From: Escherichia coli
GTDB lineage: Bacteria > Pseudomonadota > Gammaproteobacteria > Enterobacterales > Enterobacteriaceae
DNA length: 64,000 bases
Strand: one strand, 5' to 3'
Assembly: GCF_030013595.1 (NCBI RefSeq)
Contig: NZ_CP122769.1
Each line of letters begins with the position of its first letter. Position 1 is the stretch's first letter. The position numbers and the translations under genes were made by a program. Below, piece by piece: positions 1 through 11,796 of the stretch. The notes below the pieces were generated by a model. The model made no database searches, was not told the DNA's origin, and was given only the letters and a program-made list of their open reading frames with translations.

Positions 1-1206
1 CGTAATCCACAGGAAGTATCTGAACACTTTATTAAACTCGTTCATGCTCGAATTGCTGAAGTGTCTGGCTGGAAGTATATATTCGAAAGAATACCTGCTT
101 TCAAAGACGCTTGTGCAAAAGCCCCGAGCCAGGTTCCTTGCCCGTTTACTGGCGCAGGGAAATCGAAGTTTCGTTTCCGACAAAAAGACCTTTATACCGG
201 ATGTGCGATCCATAATGACTTTCCGGTAAATGAGTTTTGCGACGGAATTGATGTTCTGGCGAAATATTATGAATTAAGTAAAACGCAGACTTGCAAAAAG
301 ATTCTCTCAGATTTTTTCGGGATGGATCTGCATGCTCCGTTAACTGACGCCGACATTGAAAATGAACGACGCTATAAATCAGCAGTTCGTGCCACAGAAA
401 CTCTTGACCGAGAGGAAGTGGCAAAGCGAATGCGAAAACTTGATGTGATGTATCACTATACCGGTGAAATCAAGCCTAATACTCCTGTTGCTTTGTACCT
501 CCGTAATCGTGGGATCTCCCGCTTACTGAGTCACTTACCAAAGGATTTAGGCTTTAATAACCGGATCTACTATTGGGATAAAGATAAGCAGAAATCGATT
601 ATCTATCCGGGAATGATTGCGATCTATCGTGACACCCGAGGTCGGCCTCTGACTATTCATAGAACATACGTAGACAAAAATGGTGATAAGGCACCTGTAG
701 AAAATCCAAAGCTGATGATGAAGCCTCCTGCCGATATGACAGGTGGCTCAATTCAGTTGTTTGACCCTCACTATGATTCAGGTAGTTCGACCTGGACACT
801 GGGAGTGGCTGAAGGGATCGAGAACGCGCTTTCTGTTGTAGAAGCGACTTCAACACCATGCTGGGCAGCCAGCTCCGCATGGTGCCTTGAAAACGTTACT
901 GTTCCTGATTTTTTACTGCCTCCGCCGGATGTAAAATCTATAAACTTTTATATCTGGGCGGATAAGGATATTGCTAACTCACAAGGCACTCGTGCCGGTA
1001 TTGAAGCTGCTCAGCGACTTCAAAGCCGCATGGTTGAGTTTTTGGCTAAACGATATCCCGCATCAAAGCTGACAATTGAAGTCTTCGAACCAGCACAAGA
1101 TATTCCTGATGGGAAAAAGGGTATCGACTGGAACGATGTTCTCCAGTTAACAGGGCAGGATGGATTCCCGATTCACTGGGCTCCTGAATGTCTTAATCAG
1201 CTGTAA
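1..1206 (+). CDS. DNA primase-like protein (degenerate P4-type zinc-ribbon + Toprim), probably 5'-partial
   Basis: Reading frame is open from base 1; the ORF-track start at 61 is GTG with no SD. Motif CPFTGAGKSKFRF resembles the primase zinc-ribbon with Cys replaced; YIWADKDIANSQG is Toprim-like. Confidence 0.45.
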   Translation, partial: RNPQEVSEHFIKLVHARIAEVSGWKYIFERIPAFKDACAKAPSQVPCPFTGAGKSKFRFRQKDLYTGCAIHNDFPVNEFCDGIDVLAKYYELSKTQTCKKILSDFFGMDLHAPLTDADIENERRYKSAVRATETLDREEVAKRMRKLDVMYHYTGEIKPNTPVALYLRNRGISRLLSHLPKDLGFNNRIYYWDKDKQKSIIYPGMIAIYRDTRGRPLTIHRTYVDKNGDKAPVENPKLMMKPPADMTGGSIQLFDPHYDSGSSTWTLGVAEGIENALSVVEATSTPCWAASSAWCLENVTVPDFLLPPPDVKSINFYIWADKDIANSQGTRAGIEAAQRLQSRMVEFLAKRYPASKLTIEVFEPAQDIPDGKKGIDWNDVLQLTGQDGFPIHWAPECLNQL

Positions 1207-1215
1207 CAACGATAA

Positions 1216-1245
1216 CTCCCCCGCTTTTTGCGGGGGGGGTTATCT
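1216..1245 (+). terminator. Rho-independent terminator-like hairpin after primase-like gene
   Basis: ctcccccgc-ttttt-gcgggggg stem-loop followed by T-containing tract. Confidence 0.5.
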
Positions 1246-1476
1246 TATCAATATTATATTTTAAAATTGTATTGATAAGATAACCGCTTTCCTTCGTGAT
1301 AATTACCTGCCTTTAAGGTCTTTTCACGGCTGAGATGCTTGCTCAGTTAAATAAATGTGCGGTACTACTGGCTATGGTCGGTTGTATGACATGGTTATTC
1401 CATAAACTATTAAAACCCATAACGGGAGTATTACCGTTATGGTGATGCTCGTCGTTTTACATCGGAGAGCATTTTA

Positions 1477-1998
1477 ATGAATTTTCAAATTAACGAAGTT
1501 TTTAATAAATTTGCTGCTGTTATAAAATCGCGCATCGTCAATGAACCATCGTCATGCTATTTGCTGCATGATAATGAGATAGATATAACGATTTTGAAAC
1601 ATAGCATATTAGAAAATGACAGAAACCTGTTGTACGTAGTTCGTCCTTCAGGAACGTGTTTGTTGCGTTGTGACAAATATTTCTATCCGAAATATTATCT
1701 TCGTTGCCGTGGAGATTATAAGTCATTCATATATGTCCATCTTGATCTACATAGTGGTGAAGCTAAAGAAATCACATGGGAGCAAGCAGACGATATGCTG
1801 TCTAGTCCAGGAAAACCCCCATTAAAAGGGAATCTTGGACGATTTGAGTATATAAAAGTTGTGGTTGAGGACCTTCGTATTCGAGGTTACGCTGATTATC
1901 TTCCTGCGTATAATCTTGATGACCTTCGCCGTTTTGCCTTACAGGACGACCGCCCATCCCTTGTCAGATACATTGACAATGTCATGGCAACGGTCTGA
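1477..1998 (+). CDS. hypothetical protein
   Basis: 173-codon ORF, no recognisable motif. Confidence 0.5.
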   Translation: MNFQINEVFNKFAAVIKSRIVNEPSSCYLLHDNEIDITILKHSILENDRNLLYVVRPSGTCLLRCDKYFYPKYYLRCRGDYKSFIYVHLDLHSGEAKEITWEQADDMLSSPGKPPLKGNLGRFEYIKVVVEDLRIRGYADYLPAYNLDDLRRFALQDDRPSLVRYIDNVMATV

Positions 1999-2076
1999 TT
2001 GATTGCTAATTGATTTACATATTTTCCCTGATGGCCAACCTGCATCAGGGAGGCCTCAATAACGAATGGAGGCTGT

Positions 2077-2955
2077 ATGAAGTTAGCTACGGACCTGGTA
2101 AAAGCTATTTTGATTAGAAATGGCGTTGAACCAGTAAATATAAGCGAATCATCTAAGTTATCTTTGAAACAACCACTGACAGAACTTAAATTCAGTTTAT
2201 ATTTGCGAACTGAGCATTTATCTCACTTCCTACCCGGTTATGTTTATTCTATAAAAGAATGTCCACTGTCATATGACATCGGGATCGAAATTCAGAAAAT
2301 CTTCGAAAGTTTACATTTGTTAAACGAAGAATTTGAATCCCTCGGTTTTGTTTCTGTATGGATAGAAATGCATCAAAGCATTTTTGAACAAAGTCGGTTT
2401 AAGAAAAGTAACTTTACTTTTCGGGAGGAAGAGGTCGAGCTTGCTAAAGGGCTTGTTTGTTCTCACAATTCACAAATAAGTAATGCGGCTTATTTCTGGC
2501 TTCAGCACTTTGAGGAGTTTATGATTTATGTTCGTAATAAGCTTATCGACCTCTTTCGAGAGGCCTATGACCTGATCCTTGGAATGCAGCAAGTATTTTT
2601 CATTCGGGAAAAGGAAGAGCTGTTGAAAACTATAAGTTATGGCGATGAGCTGTATGAGGTGAAATTCATGGCGGCTGAGCTTTACTCTATCGAACAGAAC
2701 TTAAAGTGTTCTGAATCGATAAGTACAAAATCTCAAGCTTCGGCATATATTAACCGCATCCGTGAGTTTGTGCGTTCGGGGTGGAGGCAGGGCTATATAG
2801 TCTGCCATCATAAGCGAAGTAATCAAATTTCATCATTGTCATTACCGATGTACTTGAAAGATACGTCAGGCCGAAGTGCTCGAAAGCGAGTAAAACGTCT
2901 TATATCTTCTACAGTTTGTGGTAGAAATAAAGATTTAGGTCTTACAGATTTTTAA
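2077..2955 (+). CDS. hypothetical protein, paralogue family member 1
   Basis: 292-aa ORF; N-terminal pattern DLVKAILIRNGV shared with ORFs at 3026, 4030, 7147, 8257; preceded by hairpin ccctgatg/catcaggg at 2027-2051. Confidence 0.55.
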   Translation: MKLATDLVKAILIRNGVEPVNISESSKLSLKQPLTELKFSLYLRTEHLSHFLPGYVYSIKECPLSYDIGIEIQKIFESLHLLNEEFESLGFVSVWIEMHQSIFEQSRFKKSNFTFREEEVELAKGLVCSHNSQISNAAYFWLQHFEEFMIYVRNKLIDLFREAYDLILGMQQVFFIREKEELLKTISYGDELYEVKFMAAELYSIEQNLKCSESISTKSQASAYINRIREFVRSGWRQGYIVCHHKRSNQISSLSLPMYLKDTSGRSARKRVKRLISSTVCGRNKDLGLTDF

Positions 2956-2973
2956 TTAAATTATACCCATGTG

Positions 2974-3009
2974 GGGATCACACCCCATATGGGAGTGATC
3001 CCTTTTTTT
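2974..3009 (+). terminator. GC-rich hairpin plus T7 run (terminator-like)
   Basis: gggatcac ... gtgatccc inverted repeat followed by ttttttt. Confidence 0.55.
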
Positions 3010-3025
3010 ATTGAGAGAGGATCAC

Positions 3026-3961
3026 ATGAAAATTATCGAAAAAATCATTAATGCCTTTTTGGTTGTTCAACATAAAAAAATACAGGTTAAAAACATTACA
3101 TTTTTAGACAATGGGCAGGGCATGTTCTCTGGTATGTCTTTTGATGCTGATGTTTCACTGGAGTTTATGTATGAATCAGCAAAAGCATATAGTTCTTGTT
3201 TCTTTGATATTCCCTTTCCAGGTTTTGAAGATGCAAATCTGGAGGAAATTACGAAATTTCAATTAGATGCTTTGAAGCAAAGAAAGAATCATTCTTTCTT
3301 TGTTAACCATTTGAGGTTTCCTATAGTTTTAAGGGAAGGGTGCAAAATCGAAAGAGGAGAAGTCTATTCAATTTCGAATTGCACTTATAATAAAGAAAGA
3401 TTGCAGTATCTTTTTTCTCAGGATATTTACGGTAAGTTGTATAATTCCTTAGAGAAAGAATTAAGCTCGTTTTTCTCATTTATCAATGTTGAGGTGCACG
3501 AGTTGTTAAAAGATGCTGTATGCTTTGCATTAAAAATCCTGAATAAGATATCTTTGGATACACCTGAAAGACTTATTAAAGCTTTTAATTATCGTGACTG
3601 GTATTGTAGTTACGATGTTGAGCTTTTTAGGAAAGGCTTACCTGGTCATATTCTGGAAGAGCTCATTGCTCCAGATATCTTACTTTCAGACCTTAACGGT
3701 TGTAGAAAAATACTTAGAAATGCAAAACGATTTCTAAATGGACATACACAAACCAATTGTGTTTATATTAAATATGAATGGTGGTTGGGGCCTGTTGATA
3801 CCTCACACTCAGCTAAGTTGATGTCTGACAAAGAAATTAATAACCGAAGTGACTTGAAGAATTTTTCAAAGGTCTTTTTCAAAGAGTGTTTAAGTTCTGG
3901 TAAGTCGGAATATGAAAACCATCTTAGTGAAAAAGAACATGCGCTTCGCTATAATTATTAA
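3026..3961 (+). CDS. hypothetical protein, paralogue family member 2
   Basis: ATG at 3026 with RBS agagagg upstream (ORF-track TTG start at 3011 less likely); N-terminus KIINAFLVVQ fits family pattern. Confidence 0.55.
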   Translation: MKIIEKIINAFLVVQHKKIQVKNITFLDNGQGMFSGMSFDADVSLEFMYESAKAYSSCFFDIPFPGFEDANLEEITKFQLDALKQRKNHSFFVNHLRFPIVLREGCKIERGEVYSISNCTYNKERLQYLFSQDIYGKLYNSLEKELSSFFSFINVEVHELLKDAVCFALKILNKISLDTPERLIKAFNYRDWYCSYDVELFRKGLPGHILEELIAPDILLSDLNGCRKILRNAKRFLNGHTQTNCVYIKYEWWLGPVDTSHSAKLMSDKEINNRSDLKNFSKVFFKECLSSGKSEYENHLSEKEHALRYNY

Positions 3962-3974
3962 TTAAAATTATTTT

Positions 3975-4003
3975 CTCCCATAGGGATTTCTCCCTATGGG
4001 AGA
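3975..4003 (+). repeat. 13-bp-arm perfect inverted repeat (hairpin) between paralogues
   Basis: tctcccataggga-ttt-tccctatgggaga. Confidence 0.6.
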
Positions 4004-4029
4004 AATCCCTCTATTAAGAGGGTATTGAA

Positions 4030-4701
4030 ATGAATGCTATACAAAAGTTAGTTGAATCTATTCTTGTTAAAATGGGTTTTGTTGGCGCTGTAGTGGAAAA
4101 TATATATTTGGATTCAAAACCATTTCGGCATATTCGATTTGTGGCTGATATTCCAGTAATATCTTTTCTACCTCATTTGGTGAAATATCTTAAGGGTGCA
4201 GACCATCTTTACAGTGGTAACGATGATTTGCATCCTCTTTTCATTTATTTTTCCGAAGCGGCTACATTAAAAGCAGGTCCTGTAAATCTCGCGAACTTTC
4301 GTTTTGAAGTTTCTATAGCTTCAACTCATTTACGACTGGTCTCAGAGCAGCCTGATTTGCTTTTCAAAGGATTTAACCGGGATAATCTAGAATACGTTTA
4401 TTACCGCTCAGATTTGGCCTCTAGGGATCTTATACTAGGCCTTGTTGAACACGGTTCTCCTTTCATAAAACATCTACATGGACTTATACAAAAGCGAATT
4501 TTAAACGAGTTCTCTCTGATTTTTTCTGTTCTTGAAAAGATTTTAGAAAGCGCGAAGCCACAAATTCTTGCTTGCTTCCATAGTGTTGATTATGAAATGA
4601 ACGTAAAAATAATAGCCGAAGCTATACCTGAAACTGTATCTAATCAGATAGTCACATCTGATTATATAGTTAATGTTAGCGCCAATGATATAAGACTGTA
4701 A
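4030..4701 (+). CDS. hypothetical protein, paralogue family member 3; 3' end probably truncated by IS insertion
   Basis: N-terminus KLVESILVKMGF fits family; stop codon 4699-4701 abuts the IS21-family terminal inverted repeat. Confidence 0.5.
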   Translation: MNAIQKLVESILVKMGFVGAVVENIYLDSKPFRHIRFVADIPVISFLPHLVKYLKGADHLYSGNDDLHPLFIYFSEAATLKAGPVNLANFRFEVSIASTHLRLVSEQPDLLFKGFNRDNLEYVYYRSDLASRDLILGLVEHGSPFIKHLHGLIQKRILNEFSLIFSVLEKILESAKPQILACFHSVDYEMNVKIIAEAIPETVSNQIVTSDYIVNVSANDIRL

Positions 4702-4774
4702 TTCGCCATTTGGGTTGTCCGCTCCACCCAACATGTTGTTTCCTTGAGGTTCTCACACCAGAAAGGACATCGAC

Positions 4775-6744
<1,970 letters not shown>

Positions 6745-6775
6745 TCAAATAGCGGACATTAAAAATGGCGAAAAC

Positions 6776-7080
6776 CGGCCATAAATCTTGGCGTTGACAT
6801 TAATTCTATATCAGATGCGGACAAGTTTATAAATCATGTTCGTCGCTATTTAGCAGGCAGGGTAATGAAGAGGCGGATATACGCTGAATTAGATGTTTGT
6901 GAAGAAACATCAAGTATTTCACTAGTGAACTTAGGATGCTTTACGTCTCCTCTGCTCGTTACGGAATATCAAATGTTTAAGCCACACTCTTCAGGGTTAT
7001 ATCGAAAAGCTATAAACAACTCCTTAAAACAGTTCAAACCAGAAATGCATGTACCTTCTGAAGAACTCTTTTATAATTAA
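6776..7080 (+). pseudogene. possible 3' remnant of the IS-disrupted paralogue
   Basis: Frame is open from the IS right end (6776) through ORF 6865-7080; followed by the same type of hairpin as other family members. Confidence 0.3.
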
Positions 7081-7090
7081 TCTAACCCAT

Positions 7091-7128
7091 CCGGGAACCT
7101 GCTTCCCGGTGGGAAGCACTTCCTTTTT
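7091..7128 (+). repeat. GC-rich hairpin upstream of paralogue 4
   Basis: ccgggaa/ttcccgg and gcttccc/gggaagc arms, then ttttt; conserved with element at 8197-8235. Confidence 0.5.
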
Positions 7129-7146
7129 AGTCATGAGGTAGTGTAA

Positions 7147-8085
7147 ATGTTTAAAGAATCTGACCACGTGGAATTTGTTAGTGCCTTTCTTTATCAAAAT
7201 TTAGGCCTTAATGTTTCCGCTGACGATATAACCGTTCAATTATCTGATACTTCGTTCGACAAAGTAACCTTTGATTACGATGTAGATATCGATAATTTAA
7301 ATTGTATGTTGGATCTCTACATATCTGAGCTAATAAAGCACAACGCATCTTACTCCGATTCTATTCTTTTGAAACAAAAAATAATTTATTTTCTTGGAGT
7401 ATTTAAGAATTTCGGATTTTTTACGTTTGATATTCGCGGATATAGTAATACTTTAAGCCCAGTTAAAGTTATTGATATTGTTTCAATGATTATTAATGAC
7501 TGTGAAGAGTTATCTAAAGCTAATTCTTCTACTGATGCTATAAGAAATCTTTATCTCGATAAAATGAAGGTGGATGGGAAAGTGTTAGTTGCGAAATTTG
7601 CACTTAAACAGTTTTTTCATTCCGACTTTGGTGACTTTATCTCATTTGTCGAGAAAAGAATTACAGATTGTCTTAATGAAACTTTAAGGATTATCAAAGC
7701 TGTTGAACATGGCTTTGTACGTGTAGGGCAGCATAAGATTAATCGCCGTATTAATGATGACTTAAAGTTATGCATTGATTTCAATACTGATGATTATCCG
7801 GCAAATATGCCAGATATATATATTAAGTTTAACGATACATTTGATGGGAACGGGGCGTTATATTGTGACAATGATGCCCTCATATCCCTCTATACCGATG
7901 TTGCTTCAATTATCAATGTGCCGGTGATGATGGAAGTAAGATTGATCAATAAAAGAGGGCGTGTTGTCTGTGATTCTTCGCATTCAACTTACGTATCTCT
8001 CGAAAGTAATGACCGATACAGAGTAACTGATCGCACATTACTAATAACTGAAGCTTTTGACGATTTTCGTAACGCGTCTCAATGA
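7147..8085 (+). CDS. hypothetical protein, paralogue family member 4
   Basis: 312 aa; clear similarity to ORF 8257 (VDGKVLVAKFALKQFF vs VDGQVMIARFALQQFW; ITEAFDDFRN vs VSEVFDNLRN); RBS context gaggtagtgtaaATG. Confidence 0.6.
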   Translation: MFKESDHVEFVSAFLYQNLGLNVSADDITVQLSDTSFDKVTFDYDVDIDNLNCMLDLYISELIKHNASYSDSILLKQKIIYFLGVFKNFGFFTFDIRGYSNTLSPVKVIDIVSMIINDCEELSKANSSTDAIRNLYLDKMKVDGKVLVAKFALKQFFHSDFGDFISFVEKRITDCLNETLRIIKAVEHGFVRVGQHKINRRINDDLKLCIDFNTDDYPANMPDIYIKFNDTFDGNGALYCDNDALISLYTDVASIINVPVMMEVRLINKRGRVVCDSSHSTYVSLESNDRYRVTDRTLLITEAFDDFRNASQ

Positions 8086-8196
8086 TCCTTTTGCTTCAGT
8101 CCAAAAAAGTAACTTTGGTTGGCTGAAGACACTTGTCTATGACAATGTAAAATCTGTCGCTGGCATCTTCTTTTAGCTTAACCAAATTTTTATCTA

Positions 8197-8235
8197 ACCC
8201 AGTGGGGAAGTCGCTTCCCTTCTGGGGCACTTCCT
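8197..8235 (+). repeat. GC-rich hairpin upstream of paralogue 5
   Basis: gggaag-tcg-cttccc; similar to 7083-7125 (shared taaccca, gcttccc, cacttcc). Confidence 0.5.
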
Positions 8236-8256
8236 CTCAAATTCGAGGTAGTGTAT

Positions 8257-9213
8257 ATGACACATTCATCTGATGATAAAAACTATGTCCGAGCAGTTCT
8301 GAGTTATCTTGGCATAGATTTTGATGAGGCGGATATAGTATTAAGTGTTTGCCATTGTCAAAGTGACGAGCTTTCTTTTACCTGTAATATCAAAGCTATT
8401 GAACTCAAGAATGCTGTTGATTTATATGTCGATAGTATCTCTGAGAATGAAATAGAAGCTTTAAACAGAGAATCTTTAAAATCGCGACTCTGTTACTTTC
8501 TTGAGGTGTTTGACGCAGTCTCTGGTCAGTACCTTGAAATTTCAGGAAAACACTTTGCAACTAGTCGTTTTGAATATGATGATGTTTGTAGTGAAGTTCT
8601 TAGCATGTCTAATGATGTTTCTCAGTCGAAAGGTTATGACCGGGATGAATATAACAGACTGATGCAGGTTGATGGTCAGGTTATGATTGCCCGTTTTGCT
8701 TTGCAACAGTTCTGGGATACTCATTTTATTGGACTAATAACATTTGTATCTGAGTCTATAACATCGAGCCTCTATAAAGCTTATGAAACTTTTAGTGATA
8801 TTAGTTTGGCTTGCTATAAACTGAGTGAATATTCTTATTCACGCTCTATCAACAGTGAATTGACCCTTAATATTTCACTTAAAGAAAATGACTTCTGTGA
8901 GGACCTATCTGATTGCTATATGGAAGATGAGGCTTTACCTTCTGGTAGGGTAATTTCTCGACGCAACAATGACTCCATAATAAGTATTTATGAGAGCTAT
9001 GCTGCGGCTTCTTATATTCCGATGATTGCATCTTTGGAAGTCGTTGATGAATACGGCGAAGTGGTTACTGACCTCTGCCATACCGTTTATGTTTCAGAGT
9101 TAACCGGTGGGCGGATTAAAATCCACGACCGTAATGACTTAGTATCTGAAGTTTTCGATAACCTAAGAAATTTAAATCTTGCAGTTGGAGATTCAGTTTC
9201 ACAAGCTGCTTGA
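8257..9213 (+). CDS. hypothetical protein, paralogue family member 5
   Basis: ATG at 8257 in context gaggtagtgtatATG identical in layout to paralogue 4. Confidence 0.6.
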   Translation: MTHSSDDKNYVRAVLSYLGIDFDEADIVLSVCHCQSDELSFTCNIKAIELKNAVDLYVDSISENEIEALNRESLKSRLCYFLEVFDAVSGQYLEISGKHFATSRFEYDDVCSEVLSMSNDVSQSKGYDRDEYNRLMQVDGQVMIARFALQQFWDTHFIGLITFVSESITSSLYKAYETFSDISLACYKLSEYSYSRSINSELTLNISLKENDFCEDLSDCYMEDEALPSGRVISRRNNDSIISIYESYAAASYIPMIASLEVVDEYGEVVTDLCHTVYVSELTGGRIKIHDRNDLVSEVFDNLRNLNLAVGDSVSQAA

Positions 9214-9252
9214 TTCTTTCCCTGATTTTGATTTTTTCTCACATACTCTTAT

Positions 9253-9276
9253 GGCACGGTTTCCGTGCCTTTTTTT
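9253..9276 (+). terminator. Rho-independent terminator
   Basis: ggcacgg-ttt-ccgtgcc followed by T7. Confidence 0.65.
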
Positions 9277-9475
9277 GCCTCGCTTACAAGCGTCTACTCC
9301 TCTTCTACCTATCCCACCTTACATCACCACTTAAAATCTATCTTTCTAATTCCATTATCCTTTTCGTAGCCTCTAATGCTCTGGTATGAACATACTCTTT
9401 AAACTCAAAAAAGTGCTATTAACGAAAAAAAATCCCTAAAGAGATTTGTATACTGTTCTCAACCAAGGAGAGCTC

Positions 9476-9751
9476 ATGAATGAACTAAAATCCAAAAACG
9501 AGAACAGTACCAAAAGCAACTTTCCCCCGGTTGATAATCAGTTTTGCTTTTACCATGTTGATTTCAGCATAGAACGACTACTTTCTACGGCCGAGGATCT
9601 CCAGCTTGAGTACATCTTCCAGAAACCTGGAAGTGAAGTAAGAAAGGATTTGGTTGAGCGATTTGAACGTGGAGAGCGCTTTGTTACAGCTTCACACTGT
9701 GACAATTTCTGTGAAATCCTTGGTTGTCAAGGCCATCAGGAAAATGCATAA
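9476..9751 (+). CDS. hypothetical protein
   Basis: ORF with internal ATG at 9476 (track start 9446); no recognisable motif. Confidence 0.4.
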   Translation: MNELKSKNENSTKSNFPPVDNQFCFYHVDFSIERLLSTAEDLQLEYIFQKPGSEVRKDLVERFERGERFVTASHCDNFCEILGCQGHQENA

Positions 9752-9795
9752 ACCCATAAACCTACATTTCCACTTTTAAGGATGTTCACTAAAGA

Positions 9796-10386
9796 ATGAT
9801 TGGAGAAAGTATTTTTGACTGGGTAATTTACGGAATATCCATTTTGATATTTGCCTCAGCACTAATTGAAGGAAAGACAACTCGCTACCCAGCACTTTTT
9901 TTCTATGGGAGTTTAATTTTAATGTTAATCCTGATAGTTGCTGGAGGCCTTAACTGGTGGTTCTACAGGTCAAAATATGGCGCAGTAATCGTTATCTTCA
10001 CAGTGGTTTCTTTACTGATGACTCGATTCCGCCTGGTCATATATAAATTAAGATTAAGAAAGTTAGTTTCAGAGATCAGATTTCGTATAAAAACGGGTTT
10101 TCGTATAATTCTTGTTTTGTCGGATAATGAGGATGAGCGTAATGTTCTGCTGTCTATGCTTAGCAACGTATTGCCAGAGCAAACGCTTATTCACACGCGT
10201 GATGCTCTCGGACCTCATTCAGGGCCTATCCTAAAAGCTCTTGAGCTACATCATCAACAGGGAACAGGTTACATACTCGTCTGTGAACAACAAATCTCAG
10301 CGCGTACGTGGTTGAGTATCGTAGAAAATGGGAAACCTGATACATCTATAGCTGTTAATTTTCATTCGATCCCAGAAATGGAGTGA
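9796..10386 (+). CDS. hypothetical membrane protein (about 3 N-terminal TM helices)
   Basis: Hydrophobic segments ISILIFASALI, LILMLILIVAGGL, AVIVIFTVVSLL. Confidence 0.5.
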   Translation: MIGESIFDWVIYGISILIFASALIEGKTTRYPALFFYGSLILMLILIVAGGLNWWFYRSKYGAVIVIFTVVSLLMTRFRLVIYKLRLRKLVSEIRFRIKTGFRIILVLSDNEDERNVLLSMLSNVLPEQTLIHTRDALGPHSGPILKALELHHQQGTGYILVCEQQISARTWLSIVENGKPDTSIAVNFHSIPEME

Positions 10387-10393
10387 TTTTTCA

Positions 10394-10651
10394 ATGAGTA
10401 GAACCGTTTCACAAAGTGTCACAGAAGATTGTCTTTTTGATACCCGCACACAAGTCAGATTACAACTAAGTCGAAGCGTTCATAAAACGCTGGCATCTGC
10501 TAAAGAAATTTTACAGGGAAGGGGGGTTGATTCGGTCTCTATTGAAGATCTTGTGCGAGCCTGTCTTGAAGAGAACCAGCCAATTGATCTCGCCTCACTT
10601 TACCTTGAAAATCTCTTAAAACAGAAAGGTACCAGCATTTGCGATTTTTAG
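10394..10651 (+). CDS. hypothetical protein
   Basis: 85-aa ORF, 8-nt spacing from upstream gene. Confidence 0.4.
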   Translation: MSRTVSQSVTEDCLFDTRTQVRLQLSRSVHKTLASAKEILQGRGVDSVSIEDLVRACLEENQPIDLASLYLENLLKQKGTSICDF

Positions 10652-10724
10652 TGTTTTCAAACCTATTAGATAAAATGCCGGTTGTGTTTATATAACATCA
10701 ATAATTTCATGCAACAGGTAAAAC

Positions 10725-11261
10725 ATGAGTACTCAAAAGCAACTTTCCAGAACAACCGGCACTGAACGTATGTTTAAGGAAGAGCTGGCGTTATCCTTAA
10801 TTTGTTGGGTTTTCACCAGTCCATTTACCAACTGGACCGATAAAGTCTTCAGTGGTATTGAAGTTCCGTCTGAAGGACCGTCAACATTACTGGGTGAGGC
10901 TGAAAAATTCTTTCGTTTTGTCGTTAATGAAGAAGGCTACGACGCAGGAAGGGCTGCTCTTGGTCTTGACCTATGTTGTTTTTCACTTCCGTCGTGTTTG
11001 TTCCCGGACGCTGCCCTGTCTGAGGAAGAGGTTATGAGTAAGTTAACCGGAGAAGTTATCCATGGGATTCTTCTTTCCTTACCTGAATTTATTGATATGC
11101 CAGAAGTGCTCGCTTACCAGGTCAGGGATGAAATTCTTGCTTTTAACACTCGCTGTGGAGACGGGATCTTTCATGGTTGGAACACGGCTTCAGAATTGTG
11201 GAAGTTTGAAATCTTTCCCCGCACCACCATCATGATGCAGCATACTTCGGCAATACATTAA
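10725..11261 (+). CDS. hypothetical protein
   Basis: 178-aa ORF. Confidence 0.45.
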   Translation: MSTQKQLSRTTGTERMFKEELALSLICWVFTSPFTNWTDKVFSGIEVPSEGPSTLLGEAEKFFRFVVNEEGYDAGRAALGLDLCCFSLPSCLFPDAALSEEEVMSKLTGEVIHGILLSLPEFIDMPEVLAYQVRDEILAFNTRCGDGIFHGWNTASELWKFEIFPRTTIMMQHTSAIH

Positions 11262-11277
11262 AATTAGGCGGGGCAGA

Positions 11278-11724
11278 ATGCATAAAAAACTTTTTCTTCT
11301 CGAATGGAAACCCTGTCAGAGCCGCGTATGGGCCGGTTGGATGGCCCTGTGGTTGACTATCAGTTTTCTGATGTTATCTGCCTTGCTTATGACAGATCAT
11401 CTCCTGAACAAAGTCATCCTGCCGCCAACATGGTTGTTGATCTGGTTTTCGCCAATGCTGGGGTTTTTGATAAAAGTTCGCGTCGTCGAAACTCAACATT
11501 TCCTGGAGCATGACCTCTGTGTTGCAGGTTTCTCTTTTTACCGCTGGAAGAGGTTAGTTTCTCCCGGGCTTTGGTCAGTTGACTGTATAAATGGTCGTTT
11601 TCGCCTCAATCGGATCACCCAGGTGGGTAAGACTATCCACTATCCATGGCGTCTCCATTATCATCCTTTGTTCATGAGCCCTATCGAACATAAATCGCAT
11701 GCTGTGAAAGCTGTTTCAAAATGA
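11278..11724 (+). CDS. hypothetical membrane protein
   Basis: Hydrophobic N-terminal half (WMALWLTISFLMLSALLM). Confidence 0.4.
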   Translation: MHKKLFLLEWKPCQSRVWAGWMALWLTISFLMLSALLMTDHLLNKVILPPTWLLIWFSPMLGFLIKVRVVETQHFLEHDLCVAGFSFYRWKRLVSPGLWSVDCINGRFRLNRITQVGKTIHYPWRLHYHPLFMSPIEHKSHAVKAVSK

Positions 11725-11796
11725 CTTCTTTAGAGGTTTACATGACATTTATGTTCTGCAAGGTCAGCCAGGGCAGCAAAATTGATTTGAAATAAC

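Noticed and set aside
44-229. 61-aa ORF at the window start
   Set aside because: Out-of-frame overlap with the longer primase-like frame that is open from base 1.
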